Virus record (IMG/VR): IMGVR_UViG_3300025015_000011 | Location: 102,690-166,689 of that record | Length of the DNA: 64,000 nucleotides | Source of the DNA: a virus | Strand: one strand, 5' to 3' | Part shown: positions 18,244-26,363 of the stretch, one piece after another | Numbering within the stretch: the stretch's first letter is position 1 | Layout: each line of letters opens with the position of its first letter | Position numbers and translations under genes: made by a program | Notes under the pieces: model-generated | What the model saw: the letters and a program-made list of their open reading frames with translations, nothing else | Databases searched by the model: none | Told to the model about the DNA's origin: nothing

Positions 18244-19998
18244 TTAAGCTGTCACTGCTCCAAAAGTCTTCCATGTGCCAGGGCTTCCGGCCGTGGTACA
18301 GACCCATCCAATGTAACCACCAGCTGTGGGCCACGGGTGACTGACCCTATTCCCTACCTTCCAAGAACCTGCGGTAGGGGCAGATGTATCTATTGTGGTT
18401 TTCTGGTAAGTGCCGGTGCTGTTATAGACAACATATTGGCCAGCCCACGGGCTCATGTTCTCAAGGCTCTCGTATATTTCACTCGTTGTCCCATCGTATA
18501 TTCTTATAAAGCCCGTGTATGACGCAGCCTCTGGGTATTCGTATGTATTATTTTTAAGTTTGGTGTTGTATATCTTCAGAATGTAGTAGCCTGCCGCCCC
18601 CGTTGCAGTGCCAATGAACCTGTTATTCACAGCCGTCACATTATGTAGAAATATCTCGTCAGCATCCGACGCTGAGGCGTAAATCGTATTCCTTTCTAAA
18701 ATGAGAGGCCCTGCCGATGCCGCAGTAGTGTTTCTGTATCTGGTAATCGTGCCTTCTTTTACTCGCACACCGCTCGCGCTGGTGTGCATATAGTTGTATA
18801 TCTCACCATGCCAGTCAGTCACCTCAACATTGGTCAGGACGCCGTAGGTCGTTCCATAGCTTAATCCAAGGACGAGAGCAGCGGTAGACAAACCACCTCG
18901 CATACTTGTTATATTGAGACCATTACTGTTTTTAGTATAGGCCCCTCGAACATAAGAGATAATAGCCCAATTGTTGTATGTATAATTCCCCACGGCTGAC
19001 GAATTAACACAACCCTGGAATTGAAGGCTGGTAATGTTTCCAACATTCCCGCCGCAGACATTACCATTGAACATGCTATCTTCGAGGTAAACGACTGATA
19101 TGGCGGAAGAGTGGTCTACAACACTATTCGCTCCGACCTTTCTAACGACGTTATTAGAGACGCTCGCATTCCTCGCGCCTTGTATCTTGTAGGCTACGCC
19201 ATGATAGTCCTGAGTTGAGCAGTCTATAATAAACTGGTTGCTCTCGAATATAAGCCCGTCAATCAGCGACCTTGTAGGAGTACCACCACCCTCATCATAA
19301 ACAATATCTACGCCGGCCTGTATTCCCTGTTGTGAGCCATACGTTGGCAGAGTGGTTAAGGCTCCTCCACTCAAAAAGAATTTATTATGTGAGATATCCC
19401 AGTCCTGTCCACCGAGGCATTGCCCTGTTATTCCAAATCTTGAGATATTGGTAAATGTACAGAAGTTTATAAAAAGTCCATCAGTCCCGACCGTTGAAGG
19501 GCCACTCGTATATGGATAATCAATGTAAATGGCACTACAACTCACGCTACCAGACGCATCAGAATTCCCTGTGAACTTAACACAATGAAAGCCACAGTTC
19601 TGGAGACTCTGTACCCTAAAGGCCGCTACAATAGGGTAGTTGTCTGCTGTGTACGCGCCTGTCAGGTCGCCCACTATATCATCGACGTAGATGGTACCGT
19701 TTGTTAGGAAGACATTCGACTTAAGGTCGACGGTTTTAGTAATTCTCCAAGTTTTACCATTAAGGTCTATCAACCATTTCCCTGAAGTATTGGCAGCGTT
19801 TATAGCGTCTTGCATTGCTTGTGAGTCATCAATTACTCCATCCCCAATACCAGCATACTGCTCAACATAAACCACACCATACTTGTGCGTCCCGTCGTTG
19901 TTGTGCTCGGCAAGTATGAGCCTGTTCAAGGTATCTGCCTTCGTGGGATGGTCAGAACCTATCATCAATTCTGTTGCTTTTATTCTTAAGTCAGTCAT
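18244..19998 (-). CDS. Beta-helix tailspike/depolymerase-like protein, GC-richer than flanks
   Basis: GDGVIDDSQAMQDAINA; beta-helix-like repeats; C-term PTAGSWKVG...GWVCTTAGSPGTW; N-term shared with 3762-5318. Confidence 0.75.
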   Translation of the reverse strand: MTDLRIKATELMIGSDHPTKADTLNRLILAEHNNDGTHKYGVVYVEQYAGIGDGVIDDSQAMQDAINAANTSGKWLIDLNGKTWRITKTVDLKSNVFLTNGTIYVDDIVGDLTGAYTADNYPIVAAFRVQSLQNCGFHCVKFTGNSDASGSVSCSAIYIDYPYTSGPSTVGTDGLFINFCTFTNISRFGITGQCLGGQDWDISHNKFFLSGGALTTLPTYGSQQGIQAGVDIVYDEGGGTPTRSLIDGLIFESNQFIIDCSTQDYHGVAYKIQGARNASVSNNVVRKVGANSVVDHSSAISVVYLEDSMFNGNVCGGNVGNITSLQFQGCVNSSAVGNYTYNNWAIISYVRGAYTKNSNGLNITSMRGGLSTAALVLGLSYGTTYGVLTNVEVTDWHGEIYNYMHTSASGVRVKEGTITRYRNTTAASAGPLILERNTIYASASDADEIFLHNVTAVNNRFIGTATGAAGYYILKIYNTKLKNNTYEYPEAASYTGFIRIYDGTTSEIYESLENMSPWAGQYVVYNSTGTYQKTTIDTSAPTAGSWKVGNRVSHPWPTAGGYIGWVCTTAGSPGTWKTFGAVTA

Positions 19999-20014
19999 AT
20001 TAGTCCTTTTTATT

Positions 20015-20175
20015 TTAGAATATTAAATATTTAAATAATTTATCTGCTTCTTTAGCTTCTTGACTATTATACCCAAAGGCTATTTCTATTGCAGTACTTG
20101 CATCTAATAATCTTTTAACAGGAACAGTTGTTCCTTTTGGTAGCCCTCAATTATTAAAAATAATTGAAAATTCAT
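20015..20175 (-). pseudogene. Frameshifted remnant of a tagged array gene
   Basis: AAGGA RBS, MNFQLFLIIE..., stop at 20104; a second frame continues LPKGTTVPVKRLLDASTAIEIAFG... to 20015. Confidence 0.45.
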
Positions 20176-20184
20176 TTCTTTTCC

Positions 20185-20631
20185 TTATTTTAAATTAGTT
20201 AACTTGAAGCCAAAAGCTCCCTTTTCTCTCCAACCTATATAGAACTTAAACTTCCCTTGCCATGATATAAATGGTCTGAATAAGAAAACAACAAATATTA
20301 AAGCCCATATAATAGACCCATACCATAATGTATTTGCAAGTAGTAAAGCTAATATGATACTTTGTAACCTATCTGGAATATAAAAGAACCAAGTAAGATT
20401 GAGGCCTCCGCCTGTTTTAAATACTTCTCCAGGGGCAATTCCAAGTTGAGTCTTATCTTCTATATCTCTTATACCTATTATATAATTAGTGAAGTTATGA
20501 AGAGGATTCCTTAAATACATCCAATAGAATTGACGCTTCCGAAGTGGCCAAGTTTTCTCATACCAGTCTGGAGCCACTGGGTCATCATTTTTAAACCACC
20601 AGATAGGGTTAAGCTTCTGATACCATTTCAT
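20185..20631 (-). CDS. Trp-rich membrane-associated hypothetical protein (likely start MKWYQ)
   Basis: AAGGAG before ATG at 20631; WMYLRNPLHNF motif; hydrophobic segment. Confidence 0.6.
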   Translation of the reverse strand: MKWYQKLNPIWWFKNDDPVAPDWYEKTWPLRKRQFYWMYLRNPLHNFTNYIIGIRDIEDKTQLGIAPGEVFKTGGGLNLTWFFYIPDRLQSIILALLLANTLWYGSIIWALIFVVFLFRPFISWQGKFKFYIGWREKGAFGFKLTNLK

Positions 20632-20737
20632 GTGTGTCTCCTTAATGTTCAAATAATTTGAACATACTTTAATCCTGAACAAACTCTTTCAAATATTTAT
20701 TGTTTCTTTAAGTCTCTTAATCTTGAACCATTAGGAC

Positions 20738-20791
20738 TTATACTAAGATATCTTGTGTTCCTTCTGTTATTATATATTGCTTAAAGGTCAT
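20738..20791 (-). pseudogene. 17-codon tag-only remnant MTFKQYIITEGTQDILV
   Basis: Same N-terminal tag and same 11-nt overlap with the upstream gene as intact array members. Confidence 0.5.
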
Positions 20792-21368
20792 CTATTTGAC
20801 CTTTTCGTAATTCCACACTAGAATATATACGGTCTATCCAGTCCAAGACGACATAGTGATTATTACGCACAGCATAATACTTGTCACAAAGAAGCATTAT
20901 TTCATTACCAGAACTAATAGCCTTTAGTAAATCTGTATTAATAAAAGTATGACTATTAATAATATCTGCTACAATATAATCAGACATGTCTTCTAGCTCT
21001 CCATAAAGGTCGTCAATGGTTGGACTCCACCAATAAGAATAATCACCAATTGGAAATATATTATATAGGGTTCCAAATGCTATAGCATTATCAGTGTGAC
21101 CTGTGCAAAATACAGCTCTAGATCTTATGTTGTCAACATTATACTTCTTAGCAAATTCTACATTAATAATATCATGATGTGACTTTTTCGTGTCTAGTGG
21201 TTTTCTATTACTACGAGGACTTATCTGTTTAACAGAATCTACTAGGCCTTTCATACCTCTATATAAAGATCTATTTTCAGATTCCTTAAGGAAAGGCATA
21301 CACTCTTTTACAATATCTACAGCGATTTGCCTATTATAATCTTCTGTTATAAATGATTTAAAGTTCAC
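20781..21368 (-). CDS. Family A ART-like virion protein
   Basis: MNFKSFITE; SLYRG, AVFCTGH, YWWSP, GNEIML. Confidence 0.55.
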   Translation of the reverse strand: MNFKSFITEDYNRQIAVDIVKECMPFLKESENRSLYRGMKGLVDSVKQISPRSNRKPLDTKKSHHDIINVEFAKKYNVDNIRSRAVFCTGHTDNAIAFGTLYNIFPIGDYSYWWSPTIDDLYGELEDMSDYIVADIINSHTFINTDLLKAISSGNEIMLLCDKYYAVRNNHYVVLDWIDRIYSSVELRKGQIDDL

Positions 21369-21940
21369 CAGAATTTCCTTCCTATATATTTTAAAATATC
21401 ATGAGCTTCATAATGAACTACATAATATTCCTTACATAGAAGCATTATTTCATTACCAGTATCCAGTGCTTCTTCTAAGTTAGTATTAATATACCCATTC
21501 GTTGGTAATTTTATAAAATTATAAAGGATTTCTGGAGTGACAAGATCTAACTGCTGTACTGTCATAGTTAAATCTGGAATTCCTTTTGACCACCAATATG
21601 AATAACCATCTACTGGGAAAACCTCATAAACAAAATTACTATTAGCAAAATAATTGGCATCTCCATAATTACCAGTGCAGAATACAGCCCTGCTCCTTAT
21701 ATCCTTAACTCCATAAGCCTTTTCAAAAGCTAAATTATAATAATCATGTACCCTTTCTTCTGTATCCCGAGGGGTTCTATCTGACCTTGGAACCATCAGA
21801 TTTATCTGGCCTTTGTTGGATTTAAGGCCTCTATACATTTTACCAGCAGAAGAAAGTCCTTTTAGAAATTGAGAACAATTCTTTATTATATCGTCTGCTA
21901 TAGGGGTTATAGCTTCATTTGTATATTCTTTAAAGTTCAT
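21365..21940 (-). CDS. Family A ART-like virion protein
   Basis: MNFKEYTNE; KMYRG, AVFCTGN, YWWS, GNEIML. Confidence 0.55.
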   Translation of the reverse strand: MNFKEYTNEAITPIADDIIKNCSQFLKGLSSAGKMYRGLKSNKGQINLMVPRSDRTPRDTEERVHDYYNLAFEKAYGVKDIRSRAVFCTGNYGDANYFANSNFVYEVFPVDGYSYWWSKGIPDLTMTVQQLDLVTPEILYNFIKLPTNGYINTNLEEALDTGNEIMLLCKEYYVVHYEAHDILKYIGRKFW

Positions 21941-23405
21941 TATTTTCTATATAGCTTTTTAATTTAATATTAATAGCTTCAATGACCTCAGGTCCATTAT
22001 TGAATCCATATTGATATAATTGTTTTCTAAATGTTAAATTATCTTCTAAATCAAAAATGGTATCTTCCAGGCCAGGTAAATTATCTAGCCAATGTTGTAT
22101 GTCGTCTTTACCATAATGAGAATTATTATAAGTACCACTTAAAGGATTATTAATAGTATCAAATATATTATTTACTAAGGTTAAAGATTCTTTAACTACT
22201 TTGCTACCTTCTTTTGGATTAACCTTAGTTGGGAATGTATATTCAATCCCTCTTATGTCAGCACTGAACTTACCACCAACCCACTTAGCGGTTTCTGGCC
22301 AGGCAGAATAACCACCATCCCCTAAAGAGAATATTCCACCCTTGAAAGTACCATTCTTAAACCTAGCACCAGGCTTAAAGATACCATTTTCAAAGGTTCC
22401 TCCATTAAATACCCCATCTTGGAATATACCATTTTTGAATGTTCCGGCTAAGAATATTCCTTTGAAGTTTCCATCATACCATTCTCCTGTAAAGCCTACA
22501 TAATAACCCTGGTCCTTCAACTTAGTAAAGGTCCCTGAGAACTTACACTGGTCGATATGAGGGAAGTTCTTTCCCAGCTCAGCTAAGGTCAGTCCACCGT
22601 CAAGTCCTTTTATCATATCCTTTATCTTATCATAGTTTATTGCAATAGAGTCTATAGAATCATCATCATAAAGTCTAGGGTGTTTATCGAAAGTTCCAAA
22701 CAGTCCTTCTTGCTTCTCATCTATCCAATCCTGTACAGCTTCTTTAAATCCAGGAACAGTAGTACCATAAACCTTTCTTTCTGGAACTAGATAGACTTCT
22801 TCATTGTCATTTATAAATGGTTTAATAAGGAATCGTCCTATAGGATAATTAATATTCTTATCATCAGCATTAATGAGATATGCTATCAAAGAACCTTCTT
22901 TTATATCATATGCACAAAACTTGGATAAAGACCCAGACTTTAAATCCATACAAGAAGTCCAACCTCTATCAGTACTCATTCCAGCTATGTCATATGGATG
23001 TCTGGATATAGCTACTATAGCTGTTTGTAATCTTGATGTTCTTCTGACTGGGTCTGATATGAACTTCTGATAAGCTTCTTTATAATAATTATCCGCTTCA
23101 AACTTCTTCATAGCCTTTTGAAGTATAGAACCTATCTTGAAGACTCTCTTATCATCACCATCTGTCTTCTTGGCTAAGCCATTACCATAATCAACTACTT
23201 CAAAACCTTCATAATATAAAACAGAATTGACATTATTTGGAATTGGTAGTTCAAATTTATCATCCATCTTCTTCTTTAAAGGTAAATAGATTCTATACTT
23301 ACCACCAAACCACTCAGAGTATCTAGTCTTATCCCAGTTCTTAGCATACCTCTTGGCCGAGGATAAGCTTAATTTTTCATTAAGTAAAAAAGTTTTAAAG
23401 CTCAT
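21930..23405 (-). CDS. Family B tagged protein (SRHPYDIAGMSTDRGWTSCM domain plus Gly-rich pentapeptide-like repeats)
   Basis: MSFKTFLLNE; paralog of 26353-28074; GTFKNGIFQDGVFNGGTFENGIF repeats. Confidence 0.6.
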   Translation of the reverse strand: MSFKTFLLNEKLSLSSAKRYAKNWDKTRYSEWFGGKYRIYLPLKKKMDDKFELPIPNNVNSVLYYEGFEVVDYGNGLAKKTDGDDKRVFKIGSILQKAMKKFEADNYYKEAYQKFISDPVRRTSRLQTAIVAISRHPYDIAGMSTDRGWTSCMDLKSGSLSKFCAYDIKEGSLIAYLINADDKNINYPIGRFLIKPFINDNEEVYLVPERKVYGTTVPGFKEAVQDWIDEKQEGLFGTFDKHPRLYDDDSIDSIAINYDKIKDMIKGLDGGLTLAELGKNFPHIDQCKFSGTFTKLKDQGYYVGFTGEWYDGNFKGIFLAGTFKNGIFQDGVFNGGTFENGIFKPGARFKNGTFKGGIFSLGDGGYSAWPETAKWVGGKFSADIRGIEYTFPTKVNPKEGSKVVKESLTLVNNIFDTINNPLSGTYNNSHYGKDDIQHWLDNLPGLEDTIFDLEDNLTFRKQLYQYGFNNGPEVIEAINIKLKSYIENNEL

Positions 23406-23976
23406 TATCTAAATCCTTTAATAATTCATCATTTTCTTTTATAGGTATAGCATAATAAGAATCACACAGTAACATAACTTCAGTATATTCATATTTAGTA
23501 ATAGCCAAGGTCAAGTCTGTGTCAATATAAAGGCCTTTTTTAACAATGTCAACCATATCTGAAAAATCTTCTATTCCAAGGGTTCTTTCTGATAACCATT
23601 CAAACAAATCATTAATCTTTTTAGACCACCAATATTCATAATGCCCTATTGGGAATATCCTGAACATTTTACCATAATAATTATTATCTTTAGTTCCAGC
23701 ACAGAATACAGCCTGACTTCTAATATTATCTACACCATGAATCTCCTTAAAGGCTTGATTGAAAGAATTATGAAAGGATAGCCTAGTATGTTTTGGATAT
23801 CTATCAGACCTTGATACTATCTTATTCAGAAGTTTTCCTGGATGAGGACTTTTAATCCCTCTATATAGACCTAGATTACCTACTTCATTAATGAACATAG
23901 TACAATCCCTTTGAAGTGTAGAAAGGATTTGTTCTTGAGTAATCTCTTCTGTTATAAAGGATTTAAAGTTCATCAT
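23395..23976 (-). CDS. Family A ART-like virion protein
   Basis: MNFKSFITE; GLYRG, AVFCAGT, YWWS, YTEVML. Confidence 0.55.
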   Translation of the reverse strand: MMNFKSFITEEITQEQILSTLQRDCTMFINEVGNLGLYRGIKSPHPGKLLNKIVSRSDRYPKHTRLSFHNSFNQAFKEIHGVDNIRSQAVFCAGTKDNNYYGKMFRIFPIGHYEYWWSKKINDLFEWLSERTLGIEDFSDMVDIVKKGLYIDTDLTLAITKYEYTEVMLLCDSYYAIPIKENDELLKDLDNEL

Positions 23977-24076
23977 ATATTAATTATTTATGCAAGTCCT
24001 TCTTCTATTGAACATGTTTCATCAAGTAATATAAGTCCTTCCAAGCACGAAGGTCCTGTGCAGTCTGAGCAAGGTT

Positions 24077-24718
24077 TTAATGACTATCAGGAACTGCCCA
24101 ATAAGAATTACAAATGAACATTATCTCCACACCAGACTTAATAGCTGATACCAAGTCAATATTCTTATAGTTAGCCCATTTTATAAATTCCACTATGGAA
24201 GGATATATTAATTCATCTACTTCAGGGCTTTTAAACAAACCTTCAGCCCATTTATAGTAGACCCAGAAAGAGCCAGCCTTAGGATATAACGGAAACCATA
24301 TGTCTTCTGCATCCTTATCAAAGAATCTGGACTTAGTATGGTCAGCCCACTTCCTAGAATAGTTAATGTCTAACACAGCATCAGACCACCAATAAGAATA
24401 ATCACCAATTGGATATATTTTGAATGGTTGGCCAAATTGGTTAGTAGACCCTTTGTCTCCTGTAGCAAATACACATGAAGATCTCAAGTCCATAACACTA
24501 TGGACTTCTTCAAAGGCTTTATTGAATAAGCGCATTATGTGGTTGCCCATACCTTTGGGCTTCCTATCTTTCCTCACTGGTAGCTTGACTGGTTGGTTTA
24601 ACCCATCTTCAATCCCCCTGTACACTGCATAGCCGTGCGTCTCTTCAATGAACTTAGCTGAGTCATGATTTATTGTAGCATCATATAGTCCTTCTGTTAT
24701 AAATGATTTAAAGTCCAT
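24077..24718 (-). CDS. Family A ART-like virion protein
   Basis: MDFKSFITE; AVYRG, CVFATGD, YWWS, GVEIMF. Confidence 0.55.
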   Translation of the reverse strand: MDFKSFITEGLYDATINHDSAKFIEETHGYAVYRGIEDGLNQPVKLPVRKDRKPKGMGNHIMRLFNKAFEEVHSVMDLRSSCVFATGDKGSTNQFGQPFKIYPIGDYSYWWSDAVLDINYSRKWADHTKSRFFDKDAEDIWFPLYPKAGSFWVYYKWAEGLFKSPEVDELIYPSIVEFIKWANYKNIDLVSAIKSGVEIMFICNSYWAVPDSH

Positions 24719-25292
24719 CTAAGCCCTCAGCCACAGCGTAATATTCTTCACATTGAAAAAGGATTTCATTTCCACTTCTAAGACCCTTAGCTAAATCTTT
24801 CATCTTATAAGATGAGACTAATTTCTTCATGGCCTTTTGTTTATCACTCAGTTCAGGCCCGGCACCCTTATATTCTAATTCAGTCATAACAGCATCCCAT
24901 TCTATATAAGCATCTTCTACTTTAGGACTCCATATATAAGAGAAGTATCCAATTGGATATATTTTATAAACATCTCCATAATCATTAGCAACATCTATAT
25001 TACCAGAACTGACTACAGATATAGATCTTATCTTTGGAATATGGAACTTCTCCTCAAAAGCTTTATTGAATAAATTAAAGTATTCATTATTGCCCAACAA
25101 GGGCTTTCTATTCTTAATAACCTTAATCTTATATAGCCCAGGTATAACCCTTTTAAAGTATTTGGTATTAGCATAGCCTTTATATAACTCCAGGGCGTGG
25201 GACTCTTTTAGAAAAGGATAACAATCAGCTGATATTATCTTATTAATCTTATCAGGCTCATTATCTTCGGCTACATATGATTTAAAGTCCAT
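24708..25292 (-). CDS. Family A ART-like virion protein
   Basis: MDFKSYVAE; ELYKG, SVVSSGN, YIWSP, GNEILF. Confidence 0.55.
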   Translation of the reverse strand: MDFKSYVAEDNEPDKINKIISADCYPFLKESHALELYKGYANTKYFKRVIPGLYKIKVIKNRKPLLGNNEYFNLFNKAFEEKFHIPKIRSISVVSSGNIDVANDYGDVYKIYPIGYFSYIWSPKVEDAYIEWDAVMTELEYKGAGPELSDKQKAMKKLVSSYKMKDLAKGLRSGNEILFQCEEYYAVAEGLDGL

Positions 25293-26363
25293 CTAATCCA
25301 CCTTTATATTTATCTTAATACCATTCTTCTTCATCCATGTAGCAAAGTCCTTTTCAATCCATACATCTTCTATTACAGCTGGCACTGCACCAGTATCTAC
25401 TATAACTTCATTCTGAGCAAAGAATCTAAATTGTTTCTTGAACTTCATAGGGAATTCAGTAAAGTCTATTATGATATTATCGACTGGGACTTCTGCTCGT
25501 ACTACAAAGTTTATACTAGCTTCAGCTTGACCCTTAGTAAAGTTCTGAGCTATCTCTTTATGAGTAGACCAAGACGATTCTTTTCCTCTTTTAACAATTA
25601 CCTTTCCAGCTGGCACTTGGCCAAGTGTAATGCCAGCATATCTCTTTAACTTATCATTGACATCTTTAAATGTAACTTTGGAGTAATCACCCCAATCATC
25701 AAATTGAATTGAGAACCCTCTATAGAGAATCTTAAACTTATATGGTTTGGTTAAGGACTTCCAGTACTCTTTATGTTTAAGTCTCTTACCTGGGTCTTCA
25801 GTATATCTTATTAAGTCCTCTATATAATGCTCAGGTATATCAAATGTAAGGTCTGGTTTATCTCCAGTATGATACCTCTTAGCATTACCATCTACTAACT
25901 TAGCCTTTAACATAGTAGCAAATGGAATGTGGACTTCTCCTTTATATTCAGAAGCCAGGCCATCATATAGTTTAAAGAACTTGTCAGTATCTATTAGATG
26001 ACCCAGCATATAAGCAGACTTATCCTTTTTAAAGTATTTAGATAAGTCCCCAGCATCTACAGGCTTCCCAAAGTATTCATTAGCTTTAGCTATATCCAAT
26101 ACTTTATTCTTAATGAGTAAAGTAAAATCTTCTACACTCCAAGTAAATATCCTTTTAGCGTCTACCTCATATATGTAATTGTATCTAGAAGAAGCATTAG
26201 CAGAATGACCAAGTAAGGACTTATAGCTCTTTAAGGTATCTGCATATACTAGTATAATATGAGTATTCCCTAATTTAGCTAATCTTCTTGGTTCTATCTC
26301 GTCTACTTCTATATCTGAGGCTAAGTAATATTCCTCATTGAGTATAAATGATTTAAAGTTCAT
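25293..26363 (-). CDS. Tagged protein with C-terminal R-S-E ADP-ribosyltransferase domain (Alt/Mod-like)
   Basis: True start MNFKSFILNE at 26363; ILYRG...ESSWSTHKEIAQNF...AQNEVIV. Confidence 0.7.
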   Translation of the reverse strand: MNFKSFILNEEYYLASDIEVDEIEPRRLAKLGNTHIILVYADTLKSYKSLLGHSANASSRYNYIYEVDAKRIFTWSVEDFTLLIKNKVLDIAKANEYFGKPVDAGDLSKYFKKDKSAYMLGHLIDTDKFFKLYDGLASEYKGEVHIPFATMLKAKLVDGNAKRYHTGDKPDLTFDIPEHYIEDLIRYTEDPGKRLKHKEYWKSLTKPYKFKILYRGFSIQFDDWGDYSKVTFKDVNDKLKRYAGITLGQVPAGKVIVKRGKESSWSTHKEIAQNFTKGQAEASINFVVRAEVPVDNIIIDFTEFPMKFKKQFRFFAQNEVIVDTGAVPAVIEDVWIEKDFATWMKKNGIKINIKVD

